Made by a program: the position numbers and the translations under genes
Shown: positions 1-8,723 of the stretch, one piece after another
Numbering within the stretch: the stretch's first letter is position 1
How the letters are laid out: each line of letters starts with the position of its first letter
The notes under the pieces: generated by a model
Databases searched by the model: none
Seen by the model: the letters and a program-made list of their open reading frames with translations, nothing else
Told to the model about the DNA's origin: nothing
Origin: a virus
Taxonomy: Duplodnaviria > Caudoviricetes
Reading direction: 5' to 3' (one strand)
Virus record (IMG/VR): IMGVR_UViG_3300027706_000010
Location: 1 to 61,552 of that record
DNA: 61,552 nt

Positions 1-127
1 TGCGGCTGCAACTGGTTTGACCTACTACCAGGTGCAAAAGATTACCTCCAAACGGGCTGCGAATCAGTGATTGATTGATTGGCCTGATTGATTTCCCAGC
101 GAAAATTTTTTGCGCTCAACGTGTGTG
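1..127. repeat. Exact 127-bp direct repeat, copy 1 (copy 2 at 59826-59952)
   Basis: tgcggctgcaac...ctcaacgtgtgtg is identical at both positions; the copies diverge at the next base (a vs g). Confidence 0.95.
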
Positions 128-195
128 ATTGATTGGCGATTGATCGGCCAATCACGCGTATTCGCGTATACCGCGTAAGCGGGGGAGTGAGAGAG

Positions 196-1113
196 ATGTC
201 AAGTTGGAGAGATAGCGCCATTGAAAAATCTCAGGCCATCAGTGATGCCTGGGACGTGGTAAAAGCCTATGCAGGTCGCGCCGCCGAGTGGCTGCTTTTT
301 GCCTGCATGATTGTGGATATTGCTGAAATGCTGCCTGGGAGTATCGTCCCGGTGGCCGTGGCAAACGGCGTGCTTGCCGTGCAGGCGATCACGCTCGATG
401 TAGCCGGGTTTGGCCTGCAATCGCTGGCTGACCATGCTGAACGTCTGGGGGATGAGCGGGCAGCGAGGAAAGCGCGGAGCACTGGCGCTGTGCTTATCAG
501 TATCATGATCGCCACGCTGGTAAGCGTGACCTTGCCGCTTTTGTGGCCTGCGCTCTCAGTCTATACTGGCCCGGCTGATAAGGTGCTTATCCTCGTGCGT
601 GTGGTGATGACCGTTATCTACGGCCATGTGATGCATAGTCTTCGGCAGTATGCCGAAGTACGCGCGCAGCGTGAGCTTGAAGAGGTGCGCGCGGAGGTGC
701 AGGGCCTTCGAGAAGAACTGGTGCAGGTGCGTGAAGCTGCTGGTCAGCAGGCAGCGGACATGGTACAAGAGGTGCGCGCAAAAGTTGATGATCTGGCGCA
801 ACAATTGGAGGAACAAAGAGCGTACAAAAACGACACTCCTGACGAAACAGAAACCGCACTCGAATCAACACTCGAAGAGCCATGTTGTGTGCCTGGAAAC
901 GAAACTCGAAACATCACGTTGTTGCGCACAGAGAGGCGCACAAAAACCGAAACTCGAAGGCGCACTCGTACACCTGCTGACAAGGCTTCCCAGGCGGCGC
1001 GATACATCAAGAAAAATCCAGAAATGACGGCGTCAGAACTGGCGAAAAAGGCGGGGATCAGCGAGACATATGCGCGCACGTTGTTGCGTGAGTATCGCGC
1101 GGCGAATGCATAA
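196..1113 (+). CDS. Membrane protein with coiled coil and C-terminal HTH (plasmid spread-like architecture)
   Basis: About 4 hydrophobic segments, E/Q-rich coiled coil, terminal MTASELAKKAGISETYAR HTH; ATG 196 follows GGAG. Confidence 0.6.
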   Translation: MSSWRDSAIEKSQAISDAWDVVKAYAGRAAEWLLFACMIVDIAEMLPGSIVPVAVANGVLAVQAITLDVAGFGLQSLADHAERLGDERAARKARSTGAVLISIMIATLVSVTLPLLWPALSVYTGPADKVLILVRVVMTVIYGHVMHSLRQYAEVRAQRELEEVRAEVQGLREELVQVREAAGQQAADMVQEVRAKVDDLAQQLEEQRAYKNDTPDETETALESTLEEPCCVPGNETRNITLLRTERRTKTETRRRTRTPADKASQAARYIKKNPEMTASELAKKAGISETYARTLLREYRAANA

Positions 1114-1480
1114 AAAAAGGCTATTCAGTGAGCAGCCTGACCGATTCAAGCTGGTAGCCGGGCAGCTTGCCCCAGTACTCATTCCAGTAGTCGGCCACCT
1201 CTTGCCGTGTAAAGTGACGCTGTGCCATTTTTCGTTCTCCTCTCTTTTTAATTGACGTGTTTGAGCCAGCGAAGAGCGACGAAGGCGTATTCTTTGTGGT
1301 GTGCGCGCATGTCCTCTTTGAATGCGGCCTTTGCTTCTTCGCGTGATGTGGCGTGTTTGGTGACTTTGTAGTCATGGCCGTAGATCGAATAGGTGATTTC
1401 GTAGCATCGTAGTTTTCTCTGCATGGTGTTCTCTTTCTTGCTCGGAGGTGCGTTTATGTGCACCTCCGAACGTCTTGACT

Positions 1481-1870
1481 TCAGATCTTGAGAATGCTAA
1501 AAGGACGGTTGCCGTTGAGCGGTGCCAGTTCGTGGCGTTGCGCGTCTTTGGCCGCCTCGTCGGCGCGTCGCCAGGCTTCGATCTCTGCCAGGCGTGCTTC
1601 ATGCGCGGCGGCCTGGGTGCGTACTTTGTTGGCTTGCTCTGTAGCGCGGGCTTTGCTGCGCTCAGCTTCGCGCTGCTCCAGTTGGCGCATGTGGTAGCAG
1701 GGTTTGGTGGCAGGACAGGAGCACCCGGTAGCCCTGCCGTTCACAAGTGTGGTGTGATATTCGTCTTTGCCGTTTGATGAACGCACGAGGTATACAACGT
1801 GGCTGTTGCGTTTGATCTCGTAGCGAGCAATGACCTGGACCTGTTTGGTGTTGAGCGGTGTGGTTGTCAT
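1481..1870 (-). CDS. SWIM zinc-finger protein
   Basis: CSCPATKPCYH (CxC...CxH) preceded by YLVRSS..YHT; RBS AAAGGAG. Confidence 0.65.
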   Translation of the reverse strand: MTTTPLNTKQVQVIARYEIKRNSHVVYLVRSSNGKDEYHTTLVNGRATGCSCPATKPCYHMRQLEQREAERSKARATEQANKVRTQAAAHEARLAEIEAWRRADEAAKDAQRHELAPLNGNRPFSILKI

Positions 1871-1905
1871 TTGGATGTCTCCTTTGTGTTTCTCTTGATG
1901 TTCTT

Positions 1906-1997
1906 AGTATAGCAGATGTCTCTATGTTTGTCAAGCTTTTTCTATGTTTTATTTGGTGATATGAAGGATTGACATTTTGAGACAAGGATAGTATAAT
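1906..1997. promoter_or_regulatory. Divergent sigma70-type promoters
   Basis: Plus strand TTGACA(1969)-17-TATAAT(1992), perfect consensus; minus strand TTGACA(1934)-17-TATACT(1911). Confidence 0.85.
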
Positions 1998-2033
1998 CTT
2001 TATGGTAGCATAATCTTAAAGGAGGACATTTGA

Positions 2034-2288
2034 ATGTCAGAGGAACAGTATATCTCGTTTGAAGAAGCTGAAGATAAGCTTGGAGTCACCAGGGCGACGC
2101 TTCACTACTATATGCGAGAATTAAAGATTGAGCGTTATAAGTTTCCGCTTGATAAGAGGGCGTATATGAAGCTGTCTGATTTTGAGCGGATACAGGCGGC
2201 GAAAGGTGCGGCAAGTCGAAGAAGTGGGCCGACAAACGGCGATCAAGCAGCAAAGGAGGAGTCGCATGCGAAAACAGCAGCAAGTTGA
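2034..2288 (+). CDS. Small HTH DNA-binding protein (excisionase/MerR-like)
   Basis: ISFEEAEDKLGVTRATLHYY HTH; strong RBS AAAGGAGG. Confidence 0.7.
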   Translation: MSEEQYISFEEAEDKLGVTRATLHYYMRELKIERYKFPLDKRAYMKLSDFERIQAAKGAASRRSGPTNGDQAAKEESHAKTAAS

Positions 2289-3288
2289 ATCCATCGAGGA
2301 GATGACCGGTGAGGCACTGATTGCGCAATTGCGGCTGTCGAAAGACCTGCAATTGGCCGCGAGGTTGCTTTCCCGTGAGCAAATTCGATTCCTGGTGGAT
2401 CTCTATTATATCCTCCAGGAGAATCGCATCCGTGCGCAAGCCCAGGTGCGCACGGCAGGGGAGGAGCCAAACCTGCTCATTTCCTGGACATACGATCTCT
2501 ACCGGCAACTTGAGACGGATGTAAGGCAGGCGCTCTTGCACTTTGCTGAGGGGCATATTCCGGGCCAATGGGCGCTTAGCGTTAAGGGGATCGGCCCGGT
2601 GCTTGCGGCGGGCCTCATCGCCCGCATTGACATCACCAAGACCCCAACGGTAGGCGCCCTCTGGCGCCGGGCGGGCTACGATCCGACCTCACACTGGTTG
2701 GGGAAGGGAGATGCGCAGAGGATCATGAAAAAGTACCCCGGTCCCCTCTCTGATGAGGTGTTGGTCGAGATCGCCCGTGAAACCGGGCGCAACGCCTCCC
2801 GGCTGTACCAGGCATGCGTTGATCCTGACACCGGCGAAGTTTCCCGGGCTGCTTTGACCGCGTTGCTGGCGAAACGTCCCTGGGATGCGGCCCTCAAGCG
2901 ATTGTGCTGGCTTGCCGGGCAATCCTTTGTCAAATCGAGTGGCCGGGAAGGATCCTTTTACGGGCCGCTCTACAGGCAGAGGAAATTATACGAAATGCAA
3001 AAAAATGAGGAGGGAGCCTATGCGGATGAGGCCGCGCGGGTGCTCAAAGAGAAGTTCTATGGAAAGGACACAGAAGCGTATAAATGGTATGCGCAGGGGA
3101 AGTTGCCCCCGGCCCACATCCAGGCCCGGGTGGAGAGATGGGTAGTCAAGCTTTTCTTGAGCCACCTTCATGCGGTCATGTATGAGGACTATTTTGGGAA
3201 GCCTGCGCCCAGGCCCTACATCATCGCTATCGGAGGACACCAGGATTATATCGAGATCCCGAACTGGCCCATATTATCCAACAAATAG
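2266..3288 (+). CDS. IS110/Nop-domain RNA-binding protein without nuclease domain (TasA-like)
   Basis: Coiled coil LVDLYY..Q..RIR, IS110-type SVKGIGPVLAAGLIA and LWRRAGYDP motifs, C-terminal HIQARVERWVVKLFL; no N-terminal DEDD RuvC and no catalytic SG serine motif; RBS AAAGGAGG before ATG 2266. Confidence 0.75.
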   Translation: MRKQQQVESIEEMTGEALIAQLRLSKDLQLAARLLSREQIRFLVDLYYILQENRIRAQAQVRTAGEEPNLLISWTYDLYRQLETDVRQALLHFAEGHIPGQWALSVKGIGPVLAAGLIARIDITKTPTVGALWRRAGYDPTSHWLGKGDAQRIMKKYPGPLSDEVLVEIARETGRNASRLYQACVDPDTGEVSRAALTALLAKRPWDAALKRLCWLAGQSFVKSSGREGSFYGPLYRQRKLYEMQKNEEGAYADEAARVLKEKFYGKDTEAYKWYAQGKLPPAHIQARVERWVVKLFLSHLHAVMYEDYFGKPAPRPYIIAIGGHQDYIEIPNWPILSNK

Positions 3289-3310
3289 ACCTCATAGGTC
3301 TCAAAAACGC

Positions 3311-3571
3311 GAAGTGAACCAATAGCTGCATGAGTACCAAGTTACGTGAGTGAGCCATTGACTGAATGCACGCCTCTCCTGGGGCGCACATTCAGTCAGA
3401 ATGGGCGTGCGAGCCACAGCAGCAATATGTACCATCGAGAGGGGGCGATCCAATCAAGAGAGCGAACCAATGAGTTCGAGCAGCATCCAACGGCAAAGCG
3501 TGAGCCATTTTACTAGTGTGTACCATCTGCTCAGAGCGAACCAGGCTTTAGGCGAGTAACCAATGGAGCAG
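3311..3571 (+). ncRNA. TIGR-like tandem dual-repeat guide array
   Basis: CCA at 3319, 3337, 3355, 3414, 3432, 3450, 3467, 3487, 3505, 3523, 3541, 3560 (mostly 18-nt spacing); repeats alternate between (a/c)g(t/c)ga(a/g)CCA and t(g/a)(a/t)gtaCCA around unique 9-nt spacers. Confidence 0.75.
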
Positions 3572-3606
3572 AGAATCAGGGGATCCTGATTCTCTGCTCC
3601 ATTGGT
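3559..3606. repeat. Perfect 22-bp inverted repeat ending the array
   Basis: accaatggagcagagaatcagg-ggat-cctgattctctgctccattggt. Confidence 0.95.
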
Positions 3607-3611
3607 ATACT
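3603..3611 (+). promoter_or_regulatory. Extended -10 promoter candidate for csf operon
   Basis: TGgTATACT 24 nt upstream of GTG 3635, with GGAGG RBS between. Confidence 0.5.
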
Positions 3612-3634
3612 AGAGCCAAAAATCGGAGGCCCTG

Positions 3635-4513
3635 GTGTCTTTTCCTCTTTCCTGGCTCTATCATCAATATGGCGGCTCCTTCCCGGTGGGAAGTGAGCGC
3701 TGCTACCTCTGTGGAGCATCCTGTGCCGCGACATATACCGTTGCGGCAGGCATTGCCGATACCTTCAATTCTCATTTTCTGGCAGTGTGCCCTCATTCGC
3801 CCTATCTTTGTGCTGCCTGCGCCTGGTACCTCGATGGCAAAGCGGACCATCCCGAATTTCGCAAGATGAGCCTGGTCGTTACCCGGCAAGCGTGGCGCAA
3901 TTGGGAGCGGGCAACTATGAAGCAGGATATTGCACGCTGGCTTGCCGGTGGTTTGCCGGAGGATGCCTACCTTGTGGTATCGCTGAGCAAGAAAAAGCAT
4001 ATCCTTCTGCAAGCGCCACTCAATGTAAGCAGCAGCTCCACGCTTGCGGTGCAGATCGAGGAACAGGTCGCCTATTTGACTGCGAGCGTGTGGGGAGAGA
4101 TGGATGCTGCATTTATGGCTCTGCTCGAATTAGGACACGGGAAAGGCGAAATTTTGAGTGGCGCATTGCATCCATCCGTGCTGCGCAAGCATGGCAGGAT
4201 TGCCGAGGCCCTCGCGCTCTCACGACAATTAGAGCGGTGGCGTGCCTCATCCTCTCTTGAGTTGCTGAGTTATGTTACAATCACGGAAAACAAGGAGGAG
4301 GCACCCCATGATGGACATAGAGGAAGAGGTGATCCCCCCGTATCGGCAGGAACTCGAACGGCATCAGATCGCGGCGGCGTTTCTGCGCGCCGTCTACAAC
4401 GGGATCGAGTGGGACGAGTGGGGGAAATATCGGATGACGATCTGGACGATTCTAGAGACGACGGTAGCCAATGCGGCCCGTATGTCTGCCAGTCTGCTCT
4501 CTTTCCAGAGTAA
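3635..4513 (+). CDS. csf1: Type IV CRISPR large subunit Csf1 (Cas8-like)
   Basis: N-terminal zinc finger CYLCG...CAAC, KKHI motif, first gene of a csf2/csf3/cysH operon. Confidence 0.75.
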   Translation: MSFPLSWLYHQYGGSFPVGSERCYLCGASCAATYTVAAGIADTFNSHFLAVCPHSPYLCAACAWYLDGKADHPEFRKMSLVVTRQAWRNWERATMKQDIARWLAGGLPEDAYLVVSLSKKKHILLQAPLNVSSSSTLAVQIEEQVAYLTASVWGEMDAAFMALLELGHGKGEILSGALHPSVLRKHGRIAEALALSRQLERWRASSSLELLSYVTITENKEEAPHDGHRGRGDPPVSAGTRTASDRGGVSARRLQRDRVGRVGEISDDDLDDSRDDGSQCGPYVCQSALFPE

Positions 4514-4715
4514 GATCGCGCAGATGATGCACGTGGCCGAGATTGGCCGCGATGATGCTGAGCGCCGTTATGTTGCCGATGTGCTCGCGGGCCGCTACGG
4601 CGATCCTGATGCTATTCTTGCGGCGCTGCGGCGTGATCCGCAGGTCTGCGTCATGCTCATGCGCCTCCAGAAAGATGAGGAGAAAGCCTATGCCAACCAG
4701 CAGCTATCGTTTTGA
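4308..4715 (+). CDS. cas11: Type IV-B small subunit (Cas11-like)
   Basis: About 135-aa helical protein between csf1 and csf2; RBS AAGGAGGAGG. Confidence 0.65.
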   Translation: MMDIEEEVIPPYRQELERHQIAAAFLRAVYNGIEWDEWGKYRMTIWTILETTVANAARMSASLLSFQSKIAQMMHVAEIGRDDAERRYVADVLAGRYGDPDAILAALRRDPQVCVMLMRLQKDEEKAYANQQLSF

Positions 4716-5643
4716 GGGAATCGCACGCGCGCTCAGCGCTGTGTCGCATGTAGGGGACAGCGCCGGGGGCACAACTGCCATCTTTCGCCGGGAGAAGGTT
4801 CTGGCTGATGGGCGGGTGATCGAGGTCCCGATTCTCAGTGGGAATGCCTTTCGCGGGCAACTCCGGGATACTGGCATGCGTTTTATGCTGCGCGAGCTGG
4901 GCAATCCGCAATTATCCCCGTCGGCCTTCCATTTCTTGACCAGCGGTGGAGCGCTGACAAAGGATGCGGGGCGCGGTCTTGATATCGGCCAGGCGCGGCG
5001 CCTGCGACAGCTTATCCCCCTTGTGGGCGTCTTTGGGGGTGCCTGTGGACGGCAAATCCTCGAAGGGAAACTTCGGGTCGGCAAGTGGTATCCGATCTGC
5101 CGCGAGTTGCGCTCGTTCCTGCCGCCGCACTATCGCGACATGCCCGAGGCTGACGTCAGCATCTACGAGATGACGGACCTGCACAGCTTCACGCGTATCG
5201 ACGATGCCAGATCTGAGCGCTGGCAACAATTCTTGCCGGAGGCGGAGCGCGCGCATTTGGAAGCGCCAAAGGTGAGGCAGGCAAAGGATGGCACCGAGAT
5301 CGCTGAGAAGGCGGGCACGGCGCAGCAGATGCGTTACTCGCAGGAGGTGCTGGTCGCTGGTACGCGCTTCTACTGCTGGCTACAACTTTGCGATGTGACC
5401 GATCTCGAATATGAAGCCTTTGCCTCAGCGCTCGTAGAGTGGAGCCGTGCGCCTTTTGTTGGTGGGCAATCGCGGCATGGCTGCGGCGAGGTGGAGCTGC
5501 GCTTTGATAAGTGGCTCTCGGTCTCGCCGCTCTCGCGTGCGGCTTCTGAGATGGCGGTAGGGCTGCCTGCCGGGCAGGCATACGTTGAGCATCTGCATAA
5601 AGAGCGTGATGCCATTCTGCATGCCCTCAAGGAGATCGTGTGA
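4690..5643 (+). CDS. csf2: Type IV Cas7-family backbone Csf2
   Basis: RAMP motifs ALSAVSH, VPILSGNAFRGQLRD, PLVGVFGG, G-rich loop VGGQSRHGCG. Confidence 0.85.
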   Translation: MPTSSYRFEGIARALSAVSHVGDSAGGTTAIFRREKVLADGRVIEVPILSGNAFRGQLRDTGMRFMLRELGNPQLSPSAFHFLTSGGALTKDAGRGLDIGQARRLRQLIPLVGVFGGACGRQILEGKLRVGKWYPICRELRSFLPPHYRDMPEADVSIYEMTDLHSFTRIDDARSERWQQFLPEAERAHLEAPKVRQAKDGTEIAEKAGTAQQMRYSQEVLVAGTRFYCWLQLCDVTDLEYEAFASALVEWSRAPFVGGQSRHGCGEVELRFDKWLSVSPLSRAASEMAVGLPAGQAYVEHLHKERDAILHALKEIV

Positions 5644-6401
5644 TGCGTCCTCTGCGAGTCGTCGCGCGCCTGGCTGGTTCCATCGCTCTTGCGCGCGCGG
5701 AAGATATCGCGCTTGATGGCCTGCTGGCCTATCAGATGCTGCGGCGCCATTTTGGCGAGGAATTTTATCATCTCCCGGATGCGAAAGAGCATCTGGTCTT
5801 CGCGGATCTTCCGCTGGAACGGCGCGGCGCGCCGTCGGCGCGTATTGCCACGCTCCAGACCGGGGATACCTGGATGCAGCCGGGGCGAGGGATTGTCGAT
5901 GAAAGTTTCTGGTACTGGGCCTGCTCCTCAGCACAGATCGAGGTCCAGGGATACGCAACGCAGTACTGGAACAAACGGTTTGATACTCAGGCCGCGCTCT
6001 CCGATCATATCGACTTTGGCGGCAAAGTCGAGAAGGTTCTGATTGAGCAGGGCCGCTATAAGAGCTACCATATGCCGCTGCCAACGCTCGTTACAGATCG
6101 CGTCGTCTGGTATGCCTATGGCGATCTGGAGAGGGTCAAAGACCTCTTGCAGGATGTAATGAGTCTGGGGAAAAAGCGCAATTACGGTAATGGCATGGTG
6201 ATCGCCTGGAGTATTGATCCGATGGATGAAGACTGGTCTACCTGGCGCGGTGATCGCCTGATGCGGCCCGTTCCCGGACCGCTGCTTGCTGATATAGAGT
6301 GGAATGGACCGTTCAATATGCAGTATATTGCCTATCGCGCGCCGCAGTGGCACCCGGCCAATCAGGCGTTGTGTGTTGTGATAGGAAAACGGTATGCATG
6401 A
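5640..6401 (+). CDS. csf3: Type IV Cas5-family Csf3
   Basis: LDGLLAY, LPL, G.YKSY..P, WYAYGD and LGKKRNYGNG G-loop. Confidence 0.8.
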   Translation: MMRPLRVVARLAGSIALARAEDIALDGLLAYQMLRRHFGEEFYHLPDAKEHLVFADLPLERRGAPSARIATLQTGDTWMQPGRGIVDESFWYWACSSAQIEVQGYATQYWNKRFDTQAALSDHIDFGGKVEKVLIEQGRYKSYHMPLPTLVTDRVVWYAYGDLERVKDLLQDVMSLGKKRNYGNGMVIAWSIDPMDEDWSTWRGDRLMRPVPGPLLADIEWNGPFNMQYIAYRAPQWHPANQALCVVIGKRYA

Positions 6402-7182
6402 GGCAGAACGACTCTCGCACCAGTTGCATGCTCGTTTGCCCACATTTGCCCGTAAAGTGGAGCAGGCGCAAACGAGTATTGAGGAGGCACTGGGCTGCAT
6501 GCATGCGCCCTATGTCGCTTTTAGCGGCGGGATTGATAGCACGGTCCTGCTCGATCTGCTCTTTCAGGCAGGATATCATCTCCCTGTGCTGTGGGGAGAT
6601 GACGGCTACGACTATCCTGAATCTCTGACATTTCTTCGAGAGAGCGAGCAGCGGTATGGCTTTCACCTTCAGCGTATTCGCTGCATGCAGCCCTGGCGCG
6701 ATTGGTGCCTGGAGATGGCCCGACCAGATCTTGCCGAGGATCCTGCGGCGCGTGCCTCCTGGGGGAATCCTCCTCTGTGGGATGCTACGTGGAACTCGCT
6801 CAAAGATGCCTCTTTGCATGCATATGACGGTGTATTTCTGGGCTTGCTCGCTTGTGAGAGTCGAGGGCGCAGATATGCGCTCAAAGGCGGTAGACGCGTA
6901 GTCTATCAGGTACAAGGCGAGGGGGGCATGTGGCATTGCAGTCCGCTCGCGCAGTGGAGCAAACGTGACATCTGGGCATATGCCATAGCACGCAATCTTC
7001 CTTATAATCCCGTCTATGATCGCCTGGCTGCCTACGGTATCCCCTGCGAGCAGCGCCGTGTTGCCCCGCTCACCTGCTTTCGCGTCGTGCAGTACGGGAG
7101 TCATGTATGGCTCAAATCTGGCTGGCCCGATCTCTACAATTCTCTTGCTGGTACGTTCCCCCGTGTGCGCTCCTCCGTCTAG
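6394..7182 (+). CDS. cysH: CysH-like PAPS-reductase-family protein (type IV-B associated)
   Basis: PP-loop YVAFSGGIDS, ES..R, PLAQWSKRDIWAY, LPYNPVYD. Confidence 0.85.
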   Translation: MHEAERLSHQLHARLPTFARKVEQAQTSIEEALGCMHAPYVAFSGGIDSTVLLDLLFQAGYHLPVLWGDDGYDYPESLTFLRESEQRYGFHLQRIRCMQPWRDWCLEMARPDLAEDPAARASWGNPPLWDATWNSLKDASLHAYDGVFLGLLACESRGRRYALKGGRRVVYQVQGEGGMWHCSPLAQWSKRDIWAYAIARNLPYNPVYDRLAAYGIPCEQRRVAPLTCFRVVQYGSHVWLKSGWPDLYNSLAGTFPRVRSSV

Positions 7183-7257
7183 AAGCTCATTTTGCGATCC
7201 TTCGGCCCACCCACTGATGAATTTTTGCGAGTGCACGGAAACTCGTGGCAAAAGGGC

Positions 7258-7287
7258 TTGACAAAGCATATATCTCTGATATATACT
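7258..7287 (+). promoter_or_regulatory. Sigma70-type promoter
   Basis: TTGACA(7258)-18-TATACT(7282). Confidence 0.7.
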
Positions 7288-7335
7288 AAAGATATCAAAG
7301 ATATACGCTTTCTGAGAGAAAAGGAGGACACAGAA

Positions 7336-7566
7336 ATGGCACAGATGACATGGAATGAGACCGCGTATCAGTATGAGTTTGCATTGCCCAATGGGGATCT
7401 GCTCACGGTATCGGGCGACGAGTTCGCCGAGGCTGTGTACGAGGCCGAGCAGGGAAATCCTGAAGCATTTGAAGAGATGCTTGAGCCGATGCAGTGGATG
7501 GCGCTCGTGGGGGATAATCCCAACGTCGAGATTATCCCCGCCCATGAGCGGGGGGTGTGCCTGTGA
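7336..7566 (+). CDS. Small acidic hypothetical protein
   Basis: RBS AAGGAGG before ATG 7336. Confidence 0.6.
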   Translation: MAQMTWNETAYQYEFALPNGDLLTVSGDEFAEAVYEAEQGNPEAFEEMLEPMQWMALVGDNPNVEIIPAHERGVCL

Positions 7567-7922
7567 CAGATATTCTTATCCGGGATATCTCGGAAGAGGT
7601 AGCCGCCCGGCTGTCTGAGAAGGCAGCCGGGGAGGGTATGGATCGGATGTCATGGCTGCGTGCGCAACTGGTCCGACTGGCGGAAACGCCAGTTATCCGC
7701 AAAAAGTATACCCTCCGTGCATTTGGCCCAGGTGGGGCCTATGCGCAAATTACGCGGCGTTGGGCTGATGGCACCATCCAACGTGGTGCCAGAAACTGCT
7801 CACAGGAGCAGTTCGAAGCATATCAGAAAGCTGCGCTCTATTGTGAGCGCAATGAGATCGGCGACTATGAGCAAGCATATAAGCTATTGGCCGATCACTT
7901 TGAGGAAGTGATCGCGCTTTGA
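7563..7922 (+). CDS. Ribbon-helix-helix (Arc/FitA-like) DNA-binding protein
   Basis: DILIRDISEEVAARLSEKAA..G N-terminus. Confidence 0.6.
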   Translation: MTDILIRDISEEVAARLSEKAAGEGMDRMSWLRAQLVRLAETPVIRKKYTLRAFGPGGAYAQITRRWADGTIQRGARNCSQEQFEAYQKAALYCERNEIGDYEQAYKLLADHFEEVIAL

Positions 7923-7936
7923 GAAAGGAACAAACA

Positions 7937-8461
7937 ATGAATGTATTTACTGTTTTGAGCATGAGGGCGAAACATGCAGAAGAAGCTGCGTTGCTGTATG
8001 AAGCAGCGAGGGAGACTTTTAGCAGTCTTCCGCCAGTAGAGATACTGGCAACATACAAAGAGTCGTACCGAAAGTGGTACGACGAGCATTTCACCGACAA
8101 AGACGAATGGAGCATGGGGCCAGATCTCTTCATGTACCCATTTTACGGAGAAGGGAAACCTCTGGATTTCCTCCTTCAAACCCCAACGAGCGGGAGGCTT
8201 GTGAGGGTGGGGATGAGGGATGGAAAGGTGATTGCCTGTGAGGTCATGTTTCCACGAGGCAGCCGCAAAGCGGCTGTCCAACTCATCAATGCGTATCGAC
8301 GTAATACTATGCCCGGTGACGGGCATCGGAACCTCGTCATTTACTTTATTGGAGATGACGGAAAAACTCACTTCAGTGGTGAGAACCAGATCACTGCAAC
8401 CAAAATCGAAGACAGGGACTTCGATTTTGGCTACGACTATGAGATTGAGGTCTCATTCTGA
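7937..8461 (+). CDS. Hypothetical protein
   Basis: ORF with AAAGGA RBS, followed by terminator. Confidence 0.6.
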   Translation: MNVFTVLSMRAKHAEEAALLYEAARETFSSLPPVEILATYKESYRKWYDEHFTDKDEWSMGPDLFMYPFYGEGKPLDFLLQTPTSGRLVRVGMRDGKVIACEVMFPRGSRKAAVQLINAYRRNTMPGDGHRNLVIYFIGDDGKTHFSGENQITATKIEDRDFDFGYDYEIEVSF

Positions 8462-8526
8462 CAACGCGGAGTGTTTACATTCCCCGTGCCAGAACCAGAA
8501 AAAGAGATTTGATGCCGCGCAGAGGC

Positions 8527-8562
8527 AAAGCGTCCGGGCATTCTTGCCCGGACGCTTCTTTT
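8527..8562 (+). terminator. Intrinsic terminator
   Basis: aagcgtccgggca-ttct-tgcccggacgctt followed by ctttt. Confidence 0.75.
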
Positions 8563-8723
8563 GTTGCTTTCTGCCACGTTGTTCTACTTGTTTGTATTCT
8601 CTGATATTTTCATATAGTACTATGAAGTTGTGAAGAGTCTAGGTAAATTGATGAGACTATGATATACTGTACAGGCATCCACACGGATGCCTATTTCTTT
8701 TGTCTCTGGATGGTTGTTTTCGT

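Noticed and set aside
2182-3288. Active IS110 transposase with bridge RNA
   Set aside because: No DEDD RuvC domain or catalytic serine motif; the downstream region is an 18/36-nt periodic array rather than a single bridge RNA
6394-7182. cysH as a sulfur-metabolism auxiliary gene
   Set aside because: Translationally coupled to csf3, the defining type IV-B context; no other cys genes
6313-7545. Long antisense ORFs (also 17877-19097, 22057-22887, 37991-38818)
   Set aside because: Shadow frames opposite better-supported genes, with no recognisable motifs
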